Assembly: GCA_038248915.1 (NCBI GenBank) | Contig: JBBRXB010000015.1 | Span: forward strand, 3,230-67,229 | Length of the DNA stretch: 64,000 nt | Direction of reading: 5' to 3' | From: Candidatus Limnocylindrales bacterium | GTDB lineage: Bacteria; Chloroflexota; Limnocylindria; Limnocylindrales; CSP1-4 | Part shown: positions 8,610-17,842 of the stretch, in pieces | Layout: every line of letters starts with the position of its first letter | Numbering within the stretch: position 1 is the first letter of the stretch | Notes under the pieces: model-generated | Told to the model about the DNA's origin: nothing | The model's input: only the letters and a program-made list of their open reading frames with translations | The model's database searches: none | Position numbers and translations under genes: made by a program

Positions 8610-10526
8610 TCAACCTTTGATATAGCCCTCCGTTAGACCCGTCCCGATGCGGCGATGGAACAGGATGACGAGGATGACGCACGGCACGACGGCCAGGATC
8701 CCTGCCGCGGCCTGGAGCGTGTATGGCGGCTGCGCAGAGATGCTGGTCGGCGAATCGATGAACCCGATCCGGCGCGTGACGGTCACCGCGCCGGTGTCGC
8801 CCAGGATCACCGCGAACAGGAATTCGTTCCAGGTGCTGATGAGCAGCAAGATGGCCGTCGCCGCGAACCCGGCCGACGCTGCCGGGATGGTGATCCGAAA
8901 CAGCGTCCCAAGCCGGGAACAGCCATCGATCCGCGCCGACGATTCGAGGGCCCGCGGAACGGACATGAAGATGTTGCGCAACAGCCAGATGGTCAGCGGC
9001 AGCAAGAACGCCGTGTTCACCAGGATGAGGCCCTGGATCGAGTCCTTCAGCCCCAGGTTGACGAAGATGAGCAGGACGGGGATGCCGAGCACGATCCCCG
9101 GGACCATCTGGGTGAAGATCAGCACCCCCAGGAAGATCCCCTTGCCGGGCAGCTCGAGCCGCGCCAGCGGATACGCGGCGAGGGCTCCGATGAACAGGGT
9201 CAGGGCGGTCGTCCCGAGCGAGACGGCGAGGCTGACGAAGATCGACCCCTGCCAGCCCGGATCCGCGAGGAGCGCCGCGAAATGGTCAAAGTCCGGCATC
9301 AGCTGAAGGGCCAACGGGAGGGACGTCACCGCGCCTTCGGGCTGCAGGCTCGAGATCAGGATCCACAGCGTTGGGAAGAGGGACCAGATCACGAGGATAC
9401 CGGCCGCAACCACGAAGATGGCCTGCAGGACTCGCGGCGGTAGCCGGAAGTAGGTGGAGCGGGCCGACCTCGCCGACGCCGTTTCGTAGCGTGGCTGGAC
9501 CGCGGTGGCCGGCACGCCCGTGGTCGACGCTGCTACGCCTCTGCGGATCCGTAGCAGCCCCGAGTCTCTCGCATCGGTCAGGCTGGCTTCGTCGACCCGC
9601 TCGCGCCGCCGACGACCACGCAGCATGAACGCCAGCGCGCTGAACCCGACGATGATGAACAGCAACAGGATCGCCAGGGCGGACGAGTAGCCGAGGCTCA
9701 ACTGGTCGATCGCAGACTCGAAGATGAAGAACGTCATCGTCGTCGTTTCGAAGCCCGGCCCGCCCTTGGTGAGCTGGAACAGCACGTCGAAGACCTGCAG
9801 CGAGACGATGATCGTCAGGACGGTCGTGATCAGCAGGAGTGGCCGGATCGCCGGCAGTGTGATGTGGCGAAAGGACTGCCACGGACTCGCCCCGTCCATG
9901 CGTGCCGCCCGGTAATGCGCCTCAGGGATCGTCTTGAGGCCGGCCAGCAGGAGCAGGGCCAGCAGTGGGACCACCCGCCAGGCCGTAGCCACGATGGCGA
10001 TGACCATCGCCGATTCGGCCGTCTGCAGCCACGGGATCGTCCCATCGGCCAGCCCGAGCATGTTCATGATGTTGGTCGCGATCCCGAAGGTCGGTTGGAA
10101 GATGAATCGCCAGTAGAACCCGCTGACGACCGGTGCGATCGCCCATGGCAGCAGCAGGATGATCCCGATCACTGGCGCCAGCACCGACCGCCGATTCATC
10201 ACCAGCGCCGCCGCGACGGCGATCGGGATCGTCACGATCGTGGTGCCTGCCGCGAAGATGATCGTGCGTGGGATGGAGGCCAGGAAGGCCGCGTCGGCCG
10301 GCAGTCGGATCAGGAAATTGTCGAGACCCACGAAGCGCGTCGGGCCCGGGCGCAGGAGTTCGATCCGGAACAGCGACATCCCGAAGACGGCCAGGATCGG
10401 CGGGATGAGGAAGATCCCGACCAGGAGCGCAGCCGGGGCAAACATGAGCAGGGCGAACCGTGGCTCGCTGAGGCGATCAAGACGGCCGGACAGGCTCCGG
10501 GAGGCGTTCGATCGGATCGCCGTCAA
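8610..10526 (-). CDS. Fused ABC transporter permease (MalF/UgpA-like and MalG/UgpE-like domains in one polypeptide)
   Basis: Two complete permease modules joined by an Arg-rich cytoplasmic linker (...MLRGRRRRERVDEA...). Start placed at in-frame TTG 10526, because codons upstream (10527-10667) are low in GC3 and the DNA there is AT-richer. Confidence 0.85.
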   Translation of the reverse strand: MTAIRSNASRSLSGRLDRLSEPRFALLMFAPAALLVGIFLIPPILAVFGMSLFRIELLRPGPTRFVGLDNFLIRLPADAAFLASIPRTIIFAAGTTIVTIPIAVAAALVMNRRSVLAPVIGIILLLPWAIAPVVSGFYWRFIFQPTFGIATNIMNMLGLADGTIPWLQTAESAMVIAIVATAWRVVPLLALLLLAGLKTIPEAHYRAARMDGASPWQSFRHITLPAIRPLLLITTVLTIIVSLQVFDVLFQLTKGGPGFETTTMTFFIFESAIDQLSLGYSSALAILLLFIIVGFSALAFMLRGRRRRERVDEASLTDARDSGLLRIRRGVAASTTGVPATAVQPRYETASARSARSTYFRLPPRVLQAIFVVAAGILVIWSLFPTLWILISSLQPEGAVTSLPLALQLMPDFDHFAALLADPGWQGSIFVSLAVSLGTTALTLFIGALAAYPLARLELPGKGIFLGVLIFTQMVPGIVLGIPVLLIFVNLGLKDSIQGLILVNTAFLLPLTIWLLRNIFMSVPRALESSARIDGCSRLGTLFRITIPAASAGFAATAILLLISTWNEFLFAVILGDTGAVTVTRRIGFIDSPTSISAQPPYTLQAAAGILAVVPCVILVILFHRRIGTGLTEGYIKG

Positions 10527-10699
10527 GCGTCTTTCACTTCGCTTCCAATCGTCGTCACTACACTGGAATTGCGAATGTTGCCCACTTTTACTGTCACAGG
10601 ATAGACACCAAGCGCGCACCGTGGCAACTCGCGTGCGAGGTGGCTCACCGTTTTGGCGCGATCTCAAGCAGACCGGGAGGACGAAACCGCGGAATCAAG

Positions 10700-10890
10700 C
10701 GAGGCGTGTTCGTGTGTGAGCGGTCCGATTCCCGGGACGCCTCAGCAGCGCGAAACGGTCCCCGTGCTCGAGGGCTCTGTCAAGATCGAGATCGAGGGCC
10801 GCCCGCCCGTCGACTTCGGACCTGGCGACATCGCGTCGTTCCCAGCTGGCCTACATCGCGCCAGGAGCCTCACTAGGTCGCTGGGTTCGG
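10700..10890 (+). pseudogene. Cupin (DUF861-like) gene remnant
   Basis: ETVPVLEGSVKIEIEGRPPVDFGPGDIASFPAG matches the cupin core. The N-terminal part (GVFVCE) is in another frame, and the C-terminus is lost under the convergent 10873 gene. Confidence 0.35.
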
Positions 10891-11244
10891 CGGCGTGGGA
10901 TAGGGCGCACTGTCAAAGTAGATGCCGAACGACTTGATCCTGTCACCGGCCACTTCGAACACTTCAGCGACGTGGCTCTCGAAGACGGAGCCACCGGGTG
11001 GCTGGAGTTCGTATCGGGTCAGCACGCAGGCCTTGTCGCCATCCACGATGATCCCTTCGATCTCCAGCGTCTTCATCATGGAATAGAACCGCTGCAACGC
11101 TTCGAGACACGCCTGTTTACCGGTCGTGCGTCTGACCGGGCTGGCAAAGTTCGTGCATTCGATCTCCTCGGACAGGAAGGATTCCCAGCCTCGGTTCGCG
11201 CGCACACTGTCGACGTAGCCCTCAACGACATCCCTGGTCGTCAT
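10873..11244 (-). CDS. SnoaL-like / NTF2-family protein
   Basis: GGAGG lies 8 nt upstream of ATG 11244. Size and pattern are typical of the ketosteroid-isomerase-like fold. Confidence 0.7.
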   Translation of the reverse strand: MTTRDVVEGYVDSVRANRGWESFLSEEIECTNFASPVRRTTGKQACLEALQRFYSMMKTLEIEGIIVDGDKACVLTRYELQPPGGSVFESHVAEVFEVAGDRIKSFGIYFDSAPYPTPPNPAT

Positions 11245-11337
11245 GTAGGTAGCCTCCATCGATGGCAAATGGGGCGGCATCGGTCCGTTCCCTGGCCGCC
11301 AGCGTCGTTGATCGCACCGTATGAAGGAACGATCGCG

Positions 11338-12369
11338 TCACGACTCGCGGTCGTGCGCTGCAGCCAGGCTCCCAAGCGCGTCGGCGTCGAGGGCGTCGGA
11401 AGGGACGCTCGCCACCCGACCGGCGGTCCGCGCCCAAAGCGTCGCCGTACGCTTCCGATTCACGAGGCCAGCTCGCTCGCCGACCACCGCACCCGGGCCG
11501 ATCTCGGCGACCACGTTGCCGTCGACCTCGACCACGAAGATCCCGTCCAGGATGAGGAAGACGTCGGTTCCGGGCTCGTCCTGCTTGACGAGGTTGTCGC
11601 CCGCGGCGATGGAGCGGATCGTCGGCTTGGCGTTGCCGCGCATGATCTCCGAGGAGAGGGAGCGTTCGAGGGCGGACTCGACCGCGGCCGTGACCGCCGG
11701 CGAATCCTGCGTTCCCCACGGCGTCCGGTCGCCGAACGAGTCGTGGAACCACTTCCCGAAATCGATCACACCCGATTTCTCGACGAGCCTGCCCTCGTGG
11801 TCGTAGATCCAATGGCGCGGGAACGGACTGGCCCCCACGAGCTCGTGGCTCGATGTGCCGTCAGCGTTGATGGTCAACGCCAGGGTGGTCCAGGCGATCG
11901 ATGGCCAGAACTGGACGAATGGCTTGTGAGGCACCGGTCGCGGGGTCGGCAGGCCCATCCGGCCGCCGACCGTCTGCACGAAGCGGACCGAGCCGTCGCC
12001 GACCTCGGGCCCGGGGCGGAGGTCCGGCAGCTGGACCGCCGGGAAGCGTGCCGCGGCCGGCCCCACGCGCACGGTCGTCATCCCGATATGGCCCTTGCCC
12101 AGGTGGCCGTGAGCGACGATCCTGCCGTCCTCGACCTCGATGAACGCCCGAAGCTCGTTGGCTTCCCGGAACCGATCCGACGTGCGGAGATCGTCGAGGT
12201 CCTGGAGCCGGTCAGGCGGCGGCGTGTCGTAATGCGTGATGCCAAGCCCGAACGGCACCTTTGACGGCCCCGAGACCGCCTCCGACGGGATCCACGAGAT
12301 GGACGTGACGGATGACTCGAAGCGACCGGTGGCCACAGGTTCTCCCCTCACATTGTCGTCGCCACTCAC
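11338..12369 (-). CDS. Cyclic-nucleotide-binding-domain protein with an uncharacterised about 220 aa N-terminal domain
   Basis: C-terminus ...GDNLVKQDEPGTDVFLILDGIFVVE...IGPGAVVGERAGL...RTATLWA is a CNB (Crp-type) beta-roll. GTG start. Confidence 0.8.
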   Translation of the reverse strand: MSGDDNVRGEPVATGRFESSVTSISWIPSEAVSGPSKVPFGLGITHYDTPPPDRLQDLDDLRTSDRFREANELRAFIEVEDGRIVAHGHLGKGHIGMTTVRVGPAAARFPAVQLPDLRPGPEVGDGSVRFVQTVGGRMGLPTPRPVPHKPFVQFWPSIAWTTLALTINADGTSSHELVGASPFPRHWIYDHEGRLVEKSGVIDFGKWFHDSFGDRTPWGTQDSPAVTAAVESALERSLSSEIMRGNAKPTIRSIAAGDNLVKQDEPGTDVFLILDGIFVVEVDGNVVAEIGPGAVVGERAGLVNRKRTATLWARTAGRVASVPSDALDADALGSLAAAHDRES

Positions 12370-12440
12370 CCCCCGAGTCCGGTGATTATGGGCTTATGCT
12401 GCGGCCGCTGGACGTGCCGGAGACCAAGGAGGCGGAACAC

Positions 12441-13100
12441 ATGGGCCGAGCCATCGACCTGAGCCACGAGATCGTCGACGGCATGGTCACGTATCCGGGC
12501 ATCCCCGCGCCGACGATCTCGACCTTCTTGAGCCACGAGGCATCGGCCGCCCGCTACGCGCCCGGCACCACCTTCGCGATCGGGCGGATCGATCTCGTCG
12601 CCAACACCGGGACGTACCTGGACACGCCGGCGCATCGATTTCCGGGGCGCCCCGACCTGGCCGATCTCGCGCTCGACCAGGTTGTCGACCTCGACGGCGT
12701 TCTCATCGACTGCCGCGGTCGCAGCGAGCGAGCCATCGGGCCCGATGCCTTCGACGGCATCGCCGTAGCCGGACGGGCGGTCCTGATCGCCACCGGCTGG
12801 GCCACGCACTGGGGAACGCCCAGCTACCTGTCAGACAACCCGTTCCTCACCGAGGTAGCGGCGCGCCACCTCGTCGACGCCGGTGCGGCGCTGATCGGGA
12901 TCGATTCGCTCAACGTCGACGCACTGGCGGACCCGGCACGACCGGCCCACACGGCGATCCTCGGCGCCGGCATCCCGCTGGTGGAGCACCTGACCGGCCT
13001 CGACCAGCTGCCACCCGATGGCTGGCGCTTCTTCGCCGTCCCGCCGAGGATCCGCGGGATGGCGACCTTTCCGGTTCGAGCGTTCGCGCTGCTCGGCTGA
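12441..13100 (+). CDS. Cyclase-family protein (kynurenine-formamidase-like hydrolase)
   Basis: AAGGAGG lies upstream of ATG 12441. NTGTYLDTPAH resembles the HxGTHxDxPxH metal motif. Confidence 0.85.
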   Translation: MGRAIDLSHEIVDGMVTYPGIPAPTISTFLSHEASAARYAPGTTFAIGRIDLVANTGTYLDTPAHRFPGRPDLADLALDQVVDLDGVLIDCRGRSERAIGPDAFDGIAVAGRAVLIATGWATHWGTPSYLSDNPFLTEVAARHLVDAGAALIGIDSLNVDALADPARPAHTAILGAGIPLVEHLTGLDQLPPDGWRFFAVPPRIRGMATFPVRAFALLG

Positions 13101-13105
13101 ACGCA

Positions 13106-14353
13106 TTGTCAACGAACGGCCTGCGGTCCCGGTCCCTGACGTCCGTCACCTCGGGCGCCACATTGGCGGCCTTCCACGTCCGGGGTTATCCGGCGCTGTG
13201 GCTCAGCGGGGCAACGGCGGGCTTCGGCTGGTCGGTCACCCAGGTGGCCATCGGTTGGATCGCGCTTGCCGCCTCTGACTCGATCCTCGCCGTGGGTGCC
13301 ACCTTCGCCGTTCGACTTGTTCCTGGATTGCTGCTCGGCATCCCGCTCGGTGGCCTCGTCGACCGGTACGACCGTCGGGCCACGCTGATCCTGGTCAATC
13401 TCGTGGCCATCGTGCCGTTGCTCTGGGCGGCTGCCGTCGCCGCGAGCGGGACCCTGGCCGTCACCCAATTGCTCGTGTTGAGCCTCGCCCTCGGCCTGAC
13501 CGATACGCTTCGTGGAACGGCCATGCAGACGTACTCGTTCGACCTCGTCGGCGCCGCCGGGGCAACGAATGCCATCGCGCTCGGCAACCTCGGGGTGTTC
13601 CTCGCCGGGGGTGTCGGGTCGATCGCCGGTGGGGTGGCGCTCCAACGGCTCGGGGTCGCTTCCCCGTTCATGCTCTCGGCCACGACGGCCGCCGTGGCCG
13701 CGTTGTGCCTGATGCCTGGTGGCACTCGAGCCCGACGAGATCGGCCGCCCCCGCACCTGGTCCCCAGCTTCTCGCGCTCGATGACGCTCATCATCCGGAA
13801 CCGACGGGTCGCCTTGATCGCGCTGATCGTCGTGCTGTGCGAGGTTCTCGGGTTCTCGAGCATCACCGTCTTCCCGACCTTCACCCGCGACATCCTGCAC
13901 TCGGACGCCGCCGGGCTCGGTGCGCTCGGGGCGGCGAGGTACGTCGGTGCGATCGTCGTCCTGCTCTTCCTGGCCCGAGCCGGCCTTGGGACGTCGCGTG
14001 GCGGTCGGATGATCCTGTTTGCCGCGTTCGCGTTGGGCGTGGGCCTCACGGCGTTCGCCCTGAGCTCGTCATTCGCACTGTCGCTCGGTTTGCTGGTGCT
14101 GGTGGGCGGGGCGATGGCCAGCCTCGACACCCTGAGCCAGACACTGCTCCAGCGGAACGTGGACGATGCCGAGCGCGGTTCGGCCATGGGGATCTGGTTC
14201 TTTGCGATCGGATTCGGTCCGCTGGGCCTCGTTGGCCTCGGCGCGGCCGCGAGCGTGATCGGAGCCCCGACCGCGCTCGCCGTCAGTGGCGTCGTCCTTG
14301 GATCCTTCGCCGTCGGGCTCTCGCGCGTGCGGGCGATCCACGAGCTCGTGTGA
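13106..14353 (+). CDS. MFS transporter
   Basis: About 12 predicted hydrophobic helices with the typical N-terminal pattern. TTG start; the exact start is uncertain. Confidence 0.85.
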   Translation: MSTNGLRSRSLTSVTSGATLAAFHVRGYPALWLSGATAGFGWSVTQVAIGWIALAASDSILAVGATFAVRLVPGLLLGIPLGGLVDRYDRRATLILVNLVAIVPLLWAAAVAASGTLAVTQLLVLSLALGLTDTLRGTAMQTYSFDLVGAAGATNAIALGNLGVFLAGGVGSIAGGVALQRLGVASPFMLSATTAAVAALCLMPGGTRARRDRPPPHLVPSFSRSMTLIIRNRRVALIALIVVLCEVLGFSSITVFPTFTRDILHSDAAGLGALGAARYVGAIVVLLFLARAGLGTSRGGRMILFAAFALGVGLTAFALSSSFALSLGLLVLVGGAMASLDTLSQTLLQRNVDDAERGSAMGIWFFAIGFGPLGLVGLGAAASVIGAPTALAVSGVVLGSFAVGLSRVRAIHELV

Positions 14354-14368
14354 CGTCGCTGCCAGCGA

Positions 14369-15325
14369 TCACGACCGCGGGCGCTCCCGGATGACCACGC
14401 GGGGGTCCTTCTCGAGCTCGATGCCCTTGTACGAGGCCTGGCGGACCAGGCCGTCGCCGGTCCAGCCGGCGAACTCGGCGCGGATGACGAGCTCGGGGCG
14501 AAGCCACTGCGCGCGACGGGCGGCGGCGCGCGGTGGCGGCGGAGTGAACGGCGTGTCGTCGGTGGCGAGCGGCGCGACGGCGGTCAGCAGCTCGGCTCGG
14601 TTGTCGATGGTGAAGCCTGCCCCGATCTTGCCGGCATAGCGCAACTCGCCATCCTCGCAAACGCCGACGAGCAGCGCGCCCAGGTCGACCGCCTTGCCCG
14701 TGCCCTTCACCCAGCCGCCGACGACGAGCTCCTGCTCGGGCCGTATCTTGACCTTCTGCCAGCGGTCCGTCCGCTTGCCGGGCACGTACGGCGCGCGGCG
14801 GTCCTTGGCCATCATCCCCTCGAGGCCGCGGACCCGGGCCGCCTCGAAGAACGCGACCCCCTTGCCTTCGATGTGCTCGCTCAGCCGCACGCGCGGATCC
14901 GGCCGGAGGACACCGGTCAGGAGGCGTCGTCGCTCCTCGAGCGGCTGGTCGAGGAGGGAACGGCCGTCGAGATGGAGGAGGTCGAAGACCTCGTAGACGA
15001 ACGGCATCGGCTCGGCGCCCACGCCCCTGCCCTTGATCCGCGCCTGGAGCAGCGCGAAGTCGGGCTCGCCCCGCTCGTCGAGCGCGATGACTTCGCCGTC
15101 GACGACGGCCTGGCGTGCGTCGAGCCAGGTCGGCGGGTCGAGGAACGGCCCGAAATACCGCGCGGCATCCTGCTCGCCGCGGGTCCACAGATGCACGGCG
15201 CCGCCGTCGATGACGGTCTCGACCCGGAAGCCATCCCACTTCACCTCGAACAGCCAATCGGGGTCGTCGAACGGCGCCCCGACGAGGGTCGCGAGCATCG
15301 GCGGGATGAAACCAGGCTTGGTCAT
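14369..15325 (-). CDS. ATP-dependent DNA ligase (LigD-type ligase domain only)
   Basis: PMLA..., adenylation motif EVKWDGFR (KxDG), and an OB-fold C-terminus. Confidence 0.9.
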   Translation of the reverse strand: MTKPGFIPPMLATLVGAPFDDPDWLFEVKWDGFRVETVIDGGAVHLWTRGEQDAARYFGPFLDPPTWLDARQAVVDGEVIALDERGEPDFALLQARIKGRGVGAEPMPFVYEVFDLLHLDGRSLLDQPLEERRRLLTGVLRPDPRVRLSEHIEGKGVAFFEAARVRGLEGMMAKDRRAPYVPGKRTDRWQKVKIRPEQELVVGGWVKGTGKAVDLGALLVGVCEDGELRYAGKIGAGFTIDNRAELLTAVAPLATDDTPFTPPPPRAAARRAQWLRPELVIRAEFAGWTGDGLVRQASYKGIELEKDPRVVIRERPRS

Positions 15326-15327
15326 GC

Positions 15328-15460
15328 TCAGCCGGGCGCCGGGGCCACGTTGTGATCCAGCCGGAAGACGTTGTCAGGATCCCAGGTCCGCGCGAGCACG
15401 GTGCGGCGAGCGGCCGTCGCATCGCCGTACATCCCGCGCGTCTCGGCCGTCTGAGCCTGG
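15328..15460 (-). pseudogene. C-terminal fragment of a BBE/FAD-linked oxidase gene
   Basis: ...YGDATAARRTVLARTWDPDNVFRLDHNVAP matches the berberine-bridge-enzyme C-terminal motif (YG.N..RL...K..yDP.NvFr....i.P). No FAD-binding domain lies upstream. Confidence 0.45.
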
Positions 15461-15502
15461 CCCATCGTTGATCCCCTCCCCGCGCGGAGCATACCGCCAG
15501 CC

Positions 15503-15535
15503 TTGACACTGCCGCTATACAACCGTATGGTTGTA
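15503..15535 (+). promoter_or_regulatory. Sigma-70-type promoter (TTGACA-N17-TATGGT) overlapped by the inverted repeat TACAACC-N4-GGTTGTA. Likely ArsR operator; predicts a leaderless mRNA.
   Basis: The -35 element is at 15503-15508 and the -10 at 15526-15531. The inverted repeat spans 15518-15535. ATG 15539 lies 7 nt after the -10. Confidence 0.5.
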
Positions 15536-15538
15536 CCA

Positions 15539-15874
15539 ATGGAGCAGACCTTCGACGCGGACACCGTCTTCGCTGCCTTGGCGGATGCCACGAGGCGTGA
15601 CATCGTCCTGCGCGCACTCGCGGGTCGTGAGGGCGTCGCCGAGCTGGCCGGGCATTACCCGATGAGCTTCGCGGCGGTCCAGAAACACGTCGCCGTGCTC
15701 GAGCGGGCCGGCCTGATCACCAAGCAGCGCAGCGGCCGCCGCAAGGTCGTGCGCACCAACATCGAGGCGCTGCGCCTGGCGCGCGGCCTGCTCGACCGAT
15801 ACGAGGCCATGTGGCGCGGCCGCATCGATCGCATGACCGACCTCATCGCCAGCAGCAAGGAGATCCGGATATGA
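15539..15874 (+). CDS. ArsR/SmtB-family transcriptional regulator
   Basis: ALADATRRDIV...ELAGHYPMSFAAVQKHVAVLERAGLI is a winged HTH. Start taken at MEQTFD. Confidence 0.85.
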   Translation: MEQTFDADTVFAALADATRRDIVLRALAGREGVAELAGHYPMSFAAVQKHVAVLERAGLITKQRSGRRKVVRTNIEALRLARGLLDRYEAMWRGRIDRMTDLIASSKEIRI

Positions 15875-16371
15875 GTGTCACCGCCGTCCACAAGGATCCG
15901 GCCGCCCTGACCATGGTCCTGACCGCCGAGTTCGACGCCTCGCCGGAGCGCGTCTGGGACCTGTGGGCCGATCCGCGCAAGCTCGAACGGTGGTGGGGCC
16001 CGCCCACCTACCCAGCCACCTTCACCGCGCACGACCTGACCCCCGGCAGTCACGTCGAGTACCACATGACCGGGCCGACCGGCGACCAGCCGCACGGCTT
16101 CTGGGACATCGTCGAAGTCGATCCGCCACATCGGCTCGTCTTCATCGACGGGTTCGCCCAGGCCGACGGCACACCGAACGACGCTTTCCCGCGCAATGAG
16201 GGCACCGTGACGATCGAGCCGATCGGGGCGGGTCGGACGCGGATGTCCATCGAGAGCCGATTCCCGAGCACCGAGGCCATGGAACAGTACCTGGCCCTGG
16301 GCATGGAAGAGGGCCTCACCGAGGCCGTTGGACAGATCGACGCCATCCTCAACGAAGGAGTCACAGCATGA
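15871..16371 (+). CDS. SRPBCC-family (Aha1-like) protein
   Basis: ATGA overlap with arsR. PERVWDLWADPRKLERWWGP pattern. Confidence 0.85.
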   Translation: MSVTAVHKDPAALTMVLTAEFDASPERVWDLWADPRKLERWWGPPTYPATFTAHDLTPGSHVEYHMTGPTGDQPHGFWDIVEVDPPHRLVFIDGFAQADGTPNDAFPRNEGTVTIEPIGAGRTRMSIESRFPSTEAMEQYLALGMEEGLTEAVGQIDAILNEGVTA

Positions 16372-17243
16372 CCGCGACGACCGCACCGACGACCCACACC
16401 CTGGCCGTGCCCGGGGCCACGCTGACCTACGACATCCGCACGACCGACTCACCCGCCCCGGCGCTGTTGCTCATCGGCTCGCCGATGGGTGCTGGCGGGT
16501 TCGGCACGCTCGCGGGGCACTTCGCCGATCGCACGGTCGTGACCTACGACCCCCGCGGCGTCGAGCGCAGCATCAAGGACGATCCGGCCAGCGAATCCAC
16601 GCCCGAGCAGCATGCCGACGACGTGCATCGCATCATCGCCGAGCTCGGTGGCGGCCCGGTCGATCTGTTCGCCAGCAGCGGCGGCGCGGTCAATGCGCTC
16701 GCGCTCGTCGCGAAGCACCCCGGAGACGTCCGCGCGCTCGTCGCGCACGAGCCGCCGCTTGCCACGATCGTGCCCGATCGCGAGGGCGCGCTGGCTGCGA
16801 GCGAGGGAGTCCGCGACGCCTACCAGCAGCGCGGTTTCGGGGCCGGCATGGCGGCCTTCATCGGTGTCGTCGGTCACCGGGGCCCATTCGGCCCGGACGA
16901 TGCCAGCCAGCCGGGCCCGGATCCCGCGATGTTCGGGCTGCCGACCGAGGACGACGGCAACCGGACCGATCCGCTGCTGTTCCAGAACATCATCACGTCC
17001 ACGCACTACGAGCCCGATTTCGACGCACTTCGTGCCGCCTCGACCCGGATCATCCTCGGCGTCGGCGTTGAGTCGGAGGGCCAGCTCGCGTATCGCGGCG
17101 GAGTCGCGGCCGCCGAGCGCCTCGGTAGCCGGGCCGTGCGCTTTCCGAGCGATCACGGCGGCTTCCTGGGAGGCGAGTATGGCCAGGCCGGCGACCCGGA
17201 CGCCTTCGCCGCGAAGCTGCGCGAGGTCCTGCCCGAAGGCTGA
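16368..17243 (+). CDS. Alpha/beta hydrolase
   Basis: ATGA overlap with the upstream gene. Nucleophile elbow FASSGG. Typical length. Confidence 0.85.
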   Translation: MTATTAPTTHTLAVPGATLTYDIRTTDSPAPALLLIGSPMGAGGFGTLAGHFADRTVVTYDPRGVERSIKDDPASESTPEQHADDVHRIIAELGGGPVDLFASSGGAVNALALVAKHPGDVRALVAHEPPLATIVPDREGALAASEGVRDAYQQRGFGAGMAAFIGVVGHRGPFGPDDASQPGPDPAMFGLPTEDDGNRTDPLLFQNIITSTHYEPDFDALRAASTRIILGVGVESEGQLAYRGGVAAAERLGSRAVRFPSDHGGFLGGEYGQAGDPDAFAAKLREVLPEG

Positions 17244-17288
17244 TCACCGTCGACTCGGCCGCCGACCGGGGCCGCCGTCACCGCTCGA

Positions 17289-17318
17289 CGCCCGGAGGTG
17301 ACCCAGACCCTCCGGGCG
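17289..17318. terminator. Hairpin with a perfect 10-bp stem (CGCCCGGAGG / CCTCCGGGCG) and 10-nt loop between convergent genes
   Basis: Read directly. Lies between the stops at 17243 (+) and 17382 (-). No strong U-tract. Confidence 0.45.
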
Positions 17319-17381
17319 TGTTCGTCACCCTCGGCGCGAGGTCGAGCACGGCCACGGTGTGCGCCTCAGGACGGAAACAAG

Positions 17382-17813
17382 CTAAGGCGTGTGAGAGAGC
17401 TGACCCCGGGCCGCGCCGCCTGGATACGCCGCGTCATGCACGTTGACGTAGTAGGCCGACGGGTCTCTGAGGATCGCGATCGCAAGGTCCCGAGCGATCG
17501 TGGCGCAGCCACCCGTGTACGGGTTCAGCGGGACGACGACCGGGCCGGGCACGCCCATCGGCGCCAGGTGGATATGGGCCGCCACGATCGGATCCACGTT
17601 CGATACCGTGATCGACCAGCACACGGAGCCTTGGCCTGGGTTGATCCACAAGTGTGCCGTGCCGCTGGCGTCGGGATCGCCGGTGACGGGCACTTCGTTG
17701 GCCCCGATCAGGGTGGTCGTGAATGGTCGCCCGCCGGCAGCCCCGGCCGAACCGGCCGAGACCATCAACAGTGCGCCGGCCGCGATCATTGCGGCGAATC
17801 GGATTCGTGTCAT
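17382..17813 (-). CDS. CHRD-domain protein, secreted
   Basis: AGGAG lies 6 nt upstream of ATG 17813. Signal peptide present. L.GANEVP...G.A......AHIH.....G pattern. Confidence 0.8.
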   Translation of the reverse strand: MTRIRFAAMIAAGALLMVSAGSAGAAGGRPFTTTLIGANEVPVTGDPDASGTAHLWINPGQGSVCWSITVSNVDPIVAAHIHLAPMGVPGPVVVPLNPYTGGCATIARDLAIAILRDPSAYYVNVHDAAYPGGAARGQLSHTP

Positions 17814-17842
17814 CACGTGCTCCTGTGCTTCACCCCGGGTCA

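Noticed and set aside
12441-13100. Nucleotide cyclase partnering the adjacent cNMP-binding protein
   Set aside because: The 'cyclase family' fold here is the kynurenine-formamidase-type hydrolase, not an adenylate or guanylate cyclase. The divergent arrangement alone does not support a signalling pair.
14283-15617. 444-aa Arg-rich minus-strand ORF
   Set aside because: It is out of frame with the DNA ligase, which has the KxDG motif. It has no motifs and an extreme Arg/Pro content.
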